Shown here piece by piece: positions 9,574-20,206 of a DNA stretch of 30,882 bases. The notes under the pieces are model-generated. The model was given only the letters and a program-made list of their open reading frames with translations. It did not search any database and was not told the origin of the DNA. Position 1 is the stretch's first letter. Each line of letters starts with the position of its first letter. The DNA lies in NCBI RefSeq assembly GCF_006345805.1, contig NW_021832359.1, positions 1 through 30,882 of the forward strand. Reading direction: 5' to 3'. This stretch comes from Octopus sinensis (lineage: Eukaryota). A program made the position numbers and the translations under genes.

Positions 9574-10160
9574 TATAATAAAAAATAAGCAACAAGAATG
9601 ATTCCGGTAATTTAGTACAAAAAAATTCTCATAGCAGTCAGTTTGCAGGCAGAGTTTTGGTCAGTTAGCATCTGAACTACACAACCTCATATGTTCCTAA
9701 GAATTAAATGAACTCTCGGCACTGACCTAATTTTCTTGTCACCACATAGAAAAATTGGCTTTTTGTTCTGGTGACAACCTGAATATCCTTTATGTGTTCG
9801 AAATTCCTCCTCTTTCTACAACTAACTTGAATTCCTTCCCTTACCCCAATCCCTATAACTAAAGAAATTTCTTATAGCAGTCAGTTACAAGCAGAGTTTT
9901 GATCAGTTAGCAACTGAACTTCACAACCTCAAATGTTCCTAAGATTCATATCTACATCTTTATCTGTATATTTACCTTCTCTAAAATATTACTAATTGAT
10001 TTGAAAGCTTTTGTATTATTGGAAAACCTATATAAATTGGCTGAAGAGCACTCAGCATCTTAAATCTGCTGTAATATTTACAGCTTTTAATAAAATGTTG
10101 TAGTATGAAACAATTGTACCAATTAACCGGAATCATTCTTGTTGCTTATTTTTGATTATA
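9574..10160 (+). mobile_element. Miniature non-coding element with 47-bp inverted ends, an internal ~85-bp direct repeat and a hammerhead
   Basis: 9574-9620 is the reverse complement of 10114-10160 (about 42/47); 9620-9705 resembles 9862-9945; (TA)n follows at 10157. Confidence 0.6.
10035..10124 (+). ncRNA. Type I hammerhead-like ribozyme with long, decayed stem II
   Basis: Stem I AATTGG/CCAATT (perfect); CTGAAGA; stem II GCACTC/TAGTAT (mismatched); GAAA; palindromic stem III ACAATTGT; GTA triplet. Confidence 0.62.
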
Positions 10161-10349
10161 TATATATATAATATATATATATATTATATATATAATATAT
10201 ATATATATTATATATATATACATATATATATATATATACATAATATATATATATATATATATAATAATATATATATATATATAGATATATATACACACAC
10301 ATATATACAATAACTATATAATGATATATAATAATAATAATAATACATA

Positions 10350-10700
10350 CTCCAATTAAAGCGACATTTATCTAAACAAATGACTGAAAAATGAAGAGCT
10401 AACTCCTGCTAGAAACTGGATGAGCTAACTCACATAACAATGCTAACATGGCTCCATGCACATCCGATTGAGACAGGACACTCACCCATAAATTCCAGTC
10501 AAATTTTATGTATAGCTACTTAGCTATCTAGAACTACATATAATATTTGTAAACATTTGGTTGAAATTTATGGGTGAGTGTCCTGGCTCAATCGGATGCG
10601 CATGGAGCCATGTTAGCATTGATATATGGGTTTGATTCTAGCTGGAGTTAGCTCACCATTTTTCAGTCAGTTGTTTAGATAAATGTCGCTTTAATCGGTG
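10350..10700. mobile_element. Tc1/mariner-type MITE (fold-back, ~150-bp TIRs, TA TSD)
   Basis: TA|CTCCAATTAAAGCGACATTTATCTAAACAA ... TTGTTTAGATAAATGTCGCTTTAATCGGTG|TA; arms about 10350-10500 and 10560-10700. Confidence 0.85.
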
Positions 10701-11111
10701 TATATATGTGTATATATATATATATCATTATTATATAGTTATTGTATAAAAATGGCTTATGTAGTCATTCTTCTTATCAACCCTCCAGTCTTGTTTACAA
10801 ATATCAAATATATACAATGTTTCAATGTTATCGTCACCTCTTTTTTTTGTCTTGAATTGCATTGTGTAAAGGATGCATTAGTGTACAAAACATTGTAAGT
10901 TTCAATACTGGCTTTAGTTTCTATAGGATATATATAAAGATGACTTTAAAACCTGTTATAGCACTGCTAACACCGGAGGGACAGAGTATTGACCTATCAA
11001 ACTTTAACGTACTTTGTAGTTTATTATGATTTGCATAGCAAAAAAAAAAGGGATCCTATGAGCAATTGATATGAATTTACCAGTAGCTAGGAGTGTGTTT
11101 GGTATGTGAAA

Positions 11112-11717
11112 GGCGGTAAGCTGGCAGAAGCGTTAGCACGGCGGGCGAAATGCTTTGCGGTATTTAGTTTGCCGTTACGTTCTGAGTTCAAATTCCGCCG
11201 AGGTCGACTTTGACTTTCATCCTTTCGGGGTCGATAAATAAAGTACCAGTTACGCACTGGGGTCGATGTAATCGACTTAATACCTATGTCTGTCCTTGTT
11301 TGTCCCCTCTATGTTTAGCCCCTTGTGGTTAATAAAGAAATAGGTATTTTGTCTGTCGCTACGTTGTGAGTTCAAATTCCGTCGAGGTCGACTTTGCCTT
11401 TCATCCTTTCGGGGTCGATAAATAAATTACCAGTTACGCACTGAGGATCAATATAATCGACTTAATACCTATGTCTGTCCTTGTTTGTCCCCTCTATGTT
11501 TAGCCCCTTGTGGTTAATAAAGAAATAGGTATTTTGTCTGTCGCTACGTTGTGAGTTCAAATTCCGTCGAGGTCGACTTTGCCTTTCATCCTTTCGGGGT
11601 CGATAAATAAATTACCAGTTACGCACTGAGGATCAATATAATCGACTTAATACCTATGTCTGTCCTTGTTTGTCCCCTCTATGTTTAGCCCCTTGTGGTT
11701 AATAAAGAAATAGGTAT
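11112..11717 (+). mobile_element. SINE family D (GGCGGTAAGCTGGCAGAA head) with its body triplicated in tandem (184-185 bp period)
   Basis: GGTATT junctions at 11159, 11343, 11528 and 11713; units 2 and 3 appear identical. Confidence 0.9.
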
Positions 11718-11876
11718 GGGAAATTGGTCTGTTCAATAGTGTTACATTGGTAAACTTAATGGCTATTTAAGTAAAGTGTTTATGGATGGGGAAAAGGGTT
11801 GCATGTGGGGCTGAAGACGGATCAAGAACTCCCAAAAGATCCACAGACACTCATTATCTATTTTTTCTATCTTCAG

Positions 11877-11945
11877 TCACGTTGTTTACGTAGATGTATT
11901 CATATATGGAACGTCACAACTTTCGGTGCTGGCTCTAAATGCCAG
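11877..11945 (+). CDS. Candidate 69-nt internal exon of an unidentified host gene
   Basis: Acceptor TTTTTTCTATCTTCAG, donor CAG|GTAACA; length divisible by 3; two open frames (HVVYVDVFIYGTSQLSVLALNA or SRCLRRCIHIWNVTTFGAGSKCQ); unique sequence. Confidence 0.3.
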
Positions 11946-12103
11946 GTAACATCTGCAGGGAGGCCTTTAGCTAGAATGAATCTCAATGCTAGCACAGGTA
12001 GGAGTCGGAATTGCTTAACGAGCGTTTAATGCACTTGCTAAGATATGATGGCTGTACAACGGAAGGCAGTGTTCCTACCTGTAATCAATGTATATATACC
12101 TAT

Positions 12104-12324
12104 AGGCAAACGAGCTTGTAGAATCGTTAGGGCACCAGGCAAAATTCTTGGCGGGGTTTTGTCTGTCCTTAAGTTCTGAGTTCAAATTCCACCTTGGTCA
12201 GCCTTGTCTTTTATCTTTCTGGGGTTGATAAAATAAATACCAGTTGAACACTGGGGTGAATGGAATCGACTGATCCACCCCACCCCTGAAATTAATGGCC
12301 CTGTGCCAAAACTTGAATGCAATT
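12104..12324 (+). mobile_element. SINE family D, diverged single copy
   Basis: GTTCTGAGTTCAAATTCC...GGGGTTGATAAAATAAATACCAGTTGAACACTGGGG, colinear with 11112-11290. Confidence 0.78.
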
Positions 12325-12333
12325 TATACATAT

Positions 12334-12746
12334 AGACGCAGGAGTGGCTGTGTGGTAAGTAGCTTGTTTACCAACCACATTGTTCCGGGTTCAGTCCCAC
12401 TGCGTGGCATCTTGGGCAAGTGTCTTCTACTTATAGCCTCGGACCGACCAAAGCCTTGTGAGTGGATTTGGTTGACGGAAACTGAAAGAAGCCCATCGTA
12501 TATATGTATATATGTGTATGTGCGTGTATGTTTGTGTGTCTGTGTTTGTCCTCCCAACATCACTTGACAACCGATGCTGGTGTGTTTATGTCCCCGTCAC
12601 TTAGTGGTTCGGCAAAAGAGACCGATAGAATAAGTACTGGGCTTACAAAGAATAAGTCCCAGGGTTGAGTTGCTCGATTAAAGGCGGTGCTCCAGCATGG
12701 CCGCAGTCAAAATGACTGAAACAAGGAAAAAGAAAAAGAAAGAAGA
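12334..12746 (+). mobile_element. SINE family C, full length
   Basis: High identity to 2497-2891 and 24728-25120. Confidence 0.92.
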
Positions 12747-12778
<32 letters not shown>

Positions 12779-13620
12779 ATGAATATGTTTGTTTGTGTGT
12801 GTGTGTGTGTGTAAATAAATGGTGTTCAATTGGCAGGCTCATTAGAATGTCGTTTAGGTTGTCTTGTGGAAATTACCCAGGCTTTTTGCATCCTGAGTTC
12901 AAATGCACCTGGGGTTTACTATGTCTTTCACTATGTCACGGCTGGTATTAAAAAAAAAAGGTGCTAATCCAAATTGGTGGATTATCGATCGGATTAACTG
13001 TTAGAAAGTCGGACAATATGCCTTGCAGTAACATTTCCAGTTCTTTGTGTTCTAATATCAACATGTTTGCCGACATTAGTGCCAAACTGTGTCGGTCCAA
13101 AAGGATGCCCTTTGTCCTGGATAAGCCTTGACAGCCCCATGAGGGTAGATGTGTATTCATGGGCTTCCTGAAATAAACCTTGCCCAGATTTGCATATACA
13201 TGGGGAGGTGCATGGTAAACACTAATCTGAAGATGATCCAAGTGTTGGTTCCCTATTTCCTTGAATGAGAAAAATGCAGAAGAATGATGCCATAAAAAAA
13301 GCTTAAGCAACTTGTCCTAAAAATGAAAGTAAATTGTAATAGAGACTGGACCCCAAAGTAATGACAGCGACGTTCTTTAAGATGGTAAATTAATTATTTC
13401 TCTGTAGATTGAAAAAGAGACGAATAGCCTTAACCAACTTTCGGAACTTATTGTCCTCTCATCAGTTTATATACTCAACAAATCCTGCAGCTACAGAGAA
13501 CTGGAGTCACTACTTTGAATGGAGGAAGTGCTTAATACTTTATTTAATATGAAGGGGCTGTCGATGGGGAACTTTGTCCACAGTGTCTGGAAACTTATGC
13601 AGATGACAAAATAAATATAG

Positions 13621-13915
13621 CAGATGTGGGTGTGTGGTGAGAAGCTTGCTTCCCAACAATACGGAGCCTGGTTCAGCCCCACTGCGTGGCACCTTGGGTA
13701 TGTGTCCTCTACCATAGCCTTGAGCTGACAAAAGCTTTGTGACTGGATTTCATAGATGGAAACAGAGGGAAACCTGGTGTGTGTGTATATGTATGTGTGT
13801 GTGTGTGTCTGTGAGTAAAAGAGAGTGCTGGTGTGTTTACGTCCCCGTAACTTAGCGGTTCAACAAAAAAGACCAATAGGACAAGAACTGGGCTAAGAAA
13901 TGAGTTTAGGGGTCA
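13621..13915 (+). mobile_element. SINE family C, diverged and internally deleted
   Basis: GTGTGGTGAGAAGCTTGCTTCCCAAC...GCTGGTGTGTTTACGTCCCCGTAACTTAGCGGTTC. Confidence 0.8.
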
Positions 13916-13997
13916 ATAAACTGCATGCTGACCAAGCAATTGTGACACCGGCGTACAGTTACCAAAATTAACACAAATATACAGGAATATTAGTGAA

Positions 13998-14292
13998 AGT
14001 GCATAGCTCAGTGGTTAGAGTGTTGCTCTCACAATCATGAGGTTGTGAGTTCAATTCCCACACAAGGTTGTGTGTTGTATTCTTGAGCAAAACACCTTTT
14101 TTTTTCACGTTGTCTCACTTCACTCAGCTGTAGACATGAGTTGCGATGTCACTGGTGCCAAGCTGTATCGGCCCCTTTGCTTTTCCCTTAGATAACATTC
14201 GTGGTATGGAGAGGAGGAGGCTGATATGCATGGGCGACCACTGGTCTTCCAGAAACAACCTTACCCGGACTTGTGCCTCGGAGGGTAACTCT
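13998..14292 (+). mobile_element. tRNA-derived SINE with family B-like core and a different 3' tail
   Basis: TAGCTCAGTGG (A box), GAGTTCAATTCC (B box), TCTTGAGCAAAACAC and CACTCAGCTG core; tail unrelated to 1482-1640. Confidence 0.75.
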
Positions 14293-14452
14293 TACCTTTA
14301 CATAAATATTACAGATAGTAACCCTTCCTTTAGGGTTCCATGTTGTTGTGACCAGAATCTAGAGACATATAAGAACATTCCGGACAAAAAGAGAGAATAG
14401 GCAAGGAGAAGCAATCAGTGGAGATGAACTAGAATACTGCAAACCACAAAAG

Positions 14453-14818
14453 CAGGGGTTCTTAACCGTTTTTTATCTATGGACCCTTTTGATTACCATT
14501 TCATTCTGGTGGACCCCATGGTCATTCGATGTTTAAAAACTAGTTTTATAGGAAGTTCTTTCAACATTTCTATTTTGTTTTTCATGCATTAACTTGTGGA
14601 GGTTGAGCTTTGTAAAATATTCGAGAAAAAAACCCAAGCTGTTTCTTGCAAAACATGTGTCTAAAGTAAATTTTCTTCAGAGGCCTTTAAAATACCGTTG
14701 TGGAACCTCAATGTTTTGTTGCATGGGGCCCTCAAAAATCTTGGAAAACGGACGCTAAACAATGATGATGATGATGATGATCCCCAGAGGCCACATGGAC
14801 CTCAACTGAGAACCACTG
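14453..14818. mobile_element. hAT/Charlie-like MITE containing a tiny retroposon tail
   Basis: Ends CAGGGGTTCTTAAC ... CTGAGAACCACTG; 14742-14781 GGAAAACGGACGCTAAACAAT(GAT)n matches the family E tail; 8-bp TSD not convincing. Confidence 0.65.
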
Positions 14819-14886
14819 CCCTAAATGGAGAATAGCAAGTGGAAAACCCATTCGTTGTAGACCCACGATGAAAAGTTCTTTCGGTG

Positions 14887-14969
14887 ATCTTCATGGCCGA
14901 GCAGTATATACCACTATTCAAGGAATTATGATCATCTCAAGGTCCAGGGTTCAAATCCCCACGAAAGAT
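14887..14969 (+). pseudogene. Isolated tRNA-like remnant or SINE head
   Basis: TGGCCGAGCAG (A-box-like) at 14894 and GGTTCAAATCC (B box) at 14948; partial ATCTT/AAGAT closing stem; no clean cloverleaf. Confidence 0.35.
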
Positions 14970-15546
14970 GGAATTTTAAAAGAGCAGGATGTCACCCAGG
15001 AGCCAGAACCAAGGTGGGTCCAGCTTCTTTTCAGTGTCAGGAACTAACAGACCAAATACTTTCTTAATGGGAATTCTTCATCTGAAGATGTTTTCTGCTC
15101 CCCATTCGCTCCCTAGGGAGTTTTCACTTACTCTCCATTCTGCTCTGCTATCATACGATATTGCATCATACAGTAAGCCCCTGCATGTTACGGGGCAGGG
15201 CCATCTTAGCTGCATTGTGAACCCCAAACTTCCCAGGGAAAATTAATGTACTGAGCCCTAAAGTGTTTATGTATTAACAAAGATCTGAATTGGGGGTCCG
15301 AGGTACGTGGGGTCCCTGGGTAACAGCCGGCTGTGTCCTCACCTTAAGACGGCCTCGTCACAAGTTACAGTACCTGGTTTACAACGAGATTGATGTACAG
15401 AAATAATGGGGACTAAAAATTTGGGGGTCACATGCGTTCATTTACTTTTATCATATATCCTAATTACCAACGATGGATAACTCTTTATATTAGGTAGATC
15501 TGACAGAAATAGCAGCCAATCTCCCCCAAATTACACCCTACTGTCT

Positions 15547-15976
15547 TATGTATGTATGTATGTATGTGTGTACGTGTGTGTGTGTATGTATGTATGTATG
15601 TATGTATGTATGTGTGTGTGTGTATGTATGTATGTGTGTATGTATGTATGTGTGTATGTATGTATGTATGTATGTATGTATGTATGTATGTGTGTGTGTG
15701 TATGTATGTATGTATGTATGTATGTGTGTGTGTATGTATGTATTTATGTATGCATGCATGTATGTATGTATGTATGTATGCATGCATGTATGCATGTGTG
15801 CATGTATGTATGTATGTATGTATGTGTGTATGTATGTATGTATGTATGTTTGTATGTTTGTATGTATGTATGTATGTATATATGTATGTATGTATGTATG
15901 TATATATGTATGTATGTATGTATGTATTTATGTATGTATGTATGTGTATATGTGTATATGTATGTATGTATGTATA
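15547..15976. repeat. (TATG)n/(TG)n microsatellite
   Basis: Directly visible. Confidence 0.97.
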
Positions 15977-16367
15977 TCTAATTATATAAAGCTAAAGTTA
16001 TCTGTGCATGGCAGGTTTGGTAGCCTTCAACTAACCCTATCTCCTCTGAGAACCTTTGGCGCAAGTTGACCAAAATTGAGAGTATGATAGAAGAAAGCTT
16101 CCTCTTCCTTTCGTAAAAGAAAAAATTCAAATCGGACCATGTTAACACCAAAAATTATTTCCATCAAAATGGTGCTTTTCTTTCTATGAAAATCCCTATT
16201 TTTTATAATTTTTTGACTGCTGTGTCACCATTTTTCAGTATATTTCAACCAGAAAAATGTTCACTTAAAGATAATAACAAGCTACATAATGCAAAATTTT
16301 TACTTTTCAAAAATTCCAACTGTAAAGGGTCGAAACAAACCCAAGCAACGCTGGGTGACCCTGCTAG
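15977..16367 (+). mobile_element. Non-autonomous Helitron (391 bp)
   Basis: A|TCTAATTATATAAAG 5' end; subterminal hairpin CCCA(A)GC-AAC-GCTGGG at 16340-16355; 3' CTAG|T; insertion between A and T without TSD. Confidence 0.85.
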
Positions 16368-16705
16368 TATATACATACATATATATATATATATATACAT
16401 ATATATATGTGTATATATGTAAGTATGTAACTATGTATGTATATGTGTTTGTGTATGTATGTATATGTGTATGTATGTATGAGTCAATAAGGGTGACCCA
16501 TGGTTGCTAGAGCTATTGGGAATAGCAATCAAATCTCCCTCAAGTCACATTCTGTTGTCTCATGTATGTATGTATGTATGTATATATGTATGTATGTATG
16601 TATGTGCATATGTTTGCATGTATTATGTATTTACATAAGTATATATTTTTGTATGTAGGTTTGTTTGTATGTGTGTATGTATGTGTATGTATGTATGCAT
16701 GCATG

Positions 16706-16742
<37 letters not shown>

Positions 16743-17309
16743 TTATATGTATATTTGTATATATATATGTATGCATGTATGAGCCAAAGTGGAAGATGGC
16801 CATGCCAGTGGATGACCTCTGGATGCTAGTAAGACCTGGTATGCCCAGCAGCCCTCAAACCATACTCTCAGCCATACTCTACTGTCTTTACATGTGTGTG
16901 TATGCATGAATGTAGAAGACGTCTGCATGATAACTAGACCTGTCAGAAATAGTAACCAAATCGCCCTCAAATTACACCCTACTGCTGTATCTATTTATAT
17001 AAATATGAGCCAAGGAGGGAGACCTCTATATGATTGCTAGAGCTCGTAGAAATAGCAGCCAAATCTCCCTCAAATCTTAAAAAAAAAAGAATGTTTGTAT
17101 GTAGTCAACAGGAAAATGTGAAGGGCTGGTCATTTCTGGCTTGTCTTTGATCATAGGACATCTGTAAGTTATGACATTACTGAGGTGGGGCACCAAGACC
17201 TGTGAGGCCCCTGGCACTGATCACAGGTCGGTTTGTCTGGTCCGGTACCATGATAACAACCTGCAGTGGTGGTCATGGTGGGTAATGCTATTTCTCATTG
17301 CTTCTCCTG

Positions 17310-17823
17310 CCTTTCTCTTTGTCTCTCTCCCCCCTCTCTCTCTCTCTACCTTCTACTCTCACTGTCAGTTTACTTCCTCCCCTTCCTCCTCTCTAACCCC
17401 AGCTCCCTCAATACCCTCTTCCTTTCACTCCAACCCTTCCCTATCTGTTCTCTATCACTCGACTCCCTCCCACTCCTCATGCTTCCCTCTATATAACAAA
17501 ACAACCTTTTATTTTTTTGTGCTCCACTCCCCCTCTCTCATATCCGTCTTACTGCCTCACACTACCCCCCACCATCCCCATCGCCACCACATCAAACGTT
17601 TCGCCTCTTTCCTTCTCTCACTCTCTGTTCTACATGCTCTCTCTCTCTCTCCCTCTCTCGCTCCTCCTCTCCCCCTCTCATTTCCTTCCTGTTTCTCTTT
17701 TCTATTTTTCTTATATCCCCTTCCCTTTGTCCCAGTCACACACACTTTCTCTTTCTCTCTCTCCTCTCTCACTCTCTCTCTCTCTCACTAATCCTCTATC
17801 TGTCTGTCTATATCACTCTCCTT

Positions 17824-17854
<31 letters not shown>

Positions 17855-18152
17855 CTCTCTCACTCTCTCTCTCTCCTCTATCACTCTCTCTCTCACTAAT
17901 CCTCTATCTGTCTGTCTATATCACTCTCCTCTCCTTCTCCTTTTCTCTCTCTCTCTCTCTCCTCTCTCTCTCCTCTCTCTCTCTCTCTCTCACTCTCTCT
18001 CTCTCCTCTATCACTCTCTCTCTCACTAATCCTCTATCTGTCTGTCTATATCACTCTCCTTCTCCTTTTCTCTCTCTCTCTCTCTCCTCTCTCACTCTCT
18101 CTCTCTCTCACTAATCCTCTATCTGTCTGTCTATATCACTCTCCTTCTCCTT

Positions 18153-18185
<33 letters not shown>

Positions 18186-18947
18186 CTCTCTCACTCTCTC
18201 TCTCTCTCACTAATCCTCTATCTGTCTTTCTATATCACTCTTCTTCTCCTTTTCTCTCTTTCTCTCTCTGTCTCTCTCTCCTCTCTCACTCTCTCTCTCT
18301 CTCTCACTAATCCTCTATCTGTCTGTCTATATCACTCTCCATCTCCTTCTCCTTTTCTCTCTCTCTCTCTCTCACTAATCCTCTATCTGTCTGTCTATAT
18401 CACTCTCCTTCTCCTTCTCCTTTTCTCTCTCTCTCTCTCCTCACTAATCCTCTATCTGTCTTTCTATATCACTCTCCTTCTCCTTTTCTCTCTTTCTCTC
18501 TCTCTCTCTCTCACTTACCTTTCCCTCTCTCACTCTTCTATCTCTTCCTTCTTCCTTCTCCATTACATGTCGTCTGCTTTTTCATCGAATTTCCCACTCA
18601 GACTTCCTCCTACTCCCTCTCACACTTTCTCCTACTCCCTCTCAGTCTTCCTCCTACTCCCTCTCAGTCTTCTTCCTCCTCCTCCCTCTCAGTCTTCCTC
18701 CTCCTCCCTCTCAGTCTTCCTCCTCCTCCCTCTCAGTCTTCCTCCTCCTCCCTCTCAGTCTTCCTCCTCCTCCCTCTCTTTCTCCTCCCTCTCAGTATTC
18801 CTCCTCCTCCCTCTCACTCTTTCTCCTACTCCCTCTCAGTCTCCCTCCTACTCCCTCTCTACCTATCTATCCCCTCTATTTCCTCCTCAGAACTACAGTC
18901 TGCTTCGTTCTACACACACTCTCTGTCTCTCCCCCCCTCTCTCTCTC

Positions 18948-18990
<43 letters not shown>

Positions 18991-19850
18991 TTTTACCTCT
19001 GTTTCTATCTCTTCTTCTCTTCCTTCATACAACACTTTATTTTATTTTATTTTATTTTATTTCATTTCATCTAGTTTCAGCTCATGAGCTGTGGCCATGC
19101 TGGGGCACCACCATTTACATCATTCTACTCCCTCTTTCTCTATGCATCTATCTACCCCGATCTCCTCTCTCTCTTAATCATCTCTCTCTTTCTTCATCTC
19201 CCCCTCTCTCTCTGTCTCCTCTCTTTCTTCATCTCCCCCTCTCTCTCTGTCTCCTCTCTTTCTTCATCTCCCCCACTCTCTCTCCGTCTCCTCTCTTTCT
19301 TCATCTCCCCCTCTCTCTCTGTCTCCTCTCTTTCTTCATCTCCCCCACTCTTCTCCGTCTCCTCTCTTTCTTTCTTCATCCCCCTCTCTCTCTGTCTCCT
19401 CTCTTTCTTCATCTCCCCCACTCTCTCCGTCTCCTCTCTTTCTTCATCTCCCCCTCTCTCCCCGTCTCCTCTATTTCTTCATCTCCCCCCTCTCTCTCTA
19501 TCTCCTCTCTTTCTTCCTCTCCCCCTCTCTCACTTCTTCATCTCCCCCTCTCGCTCCGTCTCCTCTCTTTCTTCATCTACCCCCTCTCTCTGTCTCCTCT
19601 CTTTCTTCATCTCCCCCTCTCTCACGTTCTTCATCTCCCCCTCTCTCTCTGTCTCCTCTCTTTCTTCATCTCCCCCTCTCTCTCTGTCTCCTCTCTTTCT
19701 TCATCTCCCCCTCTCTCTCTGTCTCCTCTCTTTCTTCATCTCCCCCTCTCCCTCTGTCTCCTCTCCTTCTTCATCTCCCCCTCTCTCCCCGTCTCCTCTC
19801 TTTCTTCATCTCCCCCTCTCTTTCTTCATTTCTCGCTTCCTCTTCTCACT
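17310..19850. repeat. 2.5-kb polypyrimidine (CT-rich) tract built from three different minisatellites
   Basis: 8 copies of CACTAATCCTCTATCTGTCT (17786-18460); CTCCCTCTCAGTCTTCCTC units (18600-18860); ~30-33-bp TCTCCTCTCTTTCTTCATCTCCCCC units (19170-19825). Confidence 0.93.
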
Positions 19851-20206
19851 CTTCATGGCTGTCCTCTTCCGTATTTTCCGTTTCTCCTTCCAAACCTTGA
19901 CATCATCGAGTAACACCAGAACAACAGCAGAGTGCAGTTGCAACCGATGCAGAGCTCAACACCAATAACAAGAATGCAGATTTAGTTGCAGAAGAGACCA
20001 TCAGCAGCTAATTCCACTGCAATCCGAGTGCAGCACGTACTTTAAGCAAAATAGTAGAGTGCACCTCCAGAATTAGAGTGCAGCTTCAAAGTCAGAGTGT
20101 AGCTTGCATGGAGATTGCTGCACAATTACACAGCAGAGTGGATATTCAGCATCAGAGTGCACTTCCAGTATATTCTGCTGCACCTTAGCAGAAATATGTT
20201 GGGTAG

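Larger units (their letters stand above)
15495..17090 (+). repeat. Cluster of 5 short ~60-80-bp repeats (family F: AGAAATAGCAGCCAAATCTCCCTCAAATCACACCCT), all plus strand
   Basis: Copies near 15495, 16500, 16820 (decayed), 16932 and 17030, interspersed with (TATG)n. Confidence 0.7.

Noticed and set aside
12948-13310. 120-aa minus-strand ORF in unique sequence
   Set aside because: No recognisable domain or splice context; cannot be supported from sequence alone.
13530-13610. LFN...YADD as a reverse transcriptase remnant
   Set aside because: It needs a frameshift, the spacing is too short, and no other RT motifs are nearby; likely chance.
15485-16069. Long ORFs such as MYVCMYVC, YIYIYI (4030-4393, 26725-27431) and SLSL (17171-19968, 25155-26028)
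   Set aside because: They are translations of microsatellites that lack stop codons in some frames; no coding evidence.
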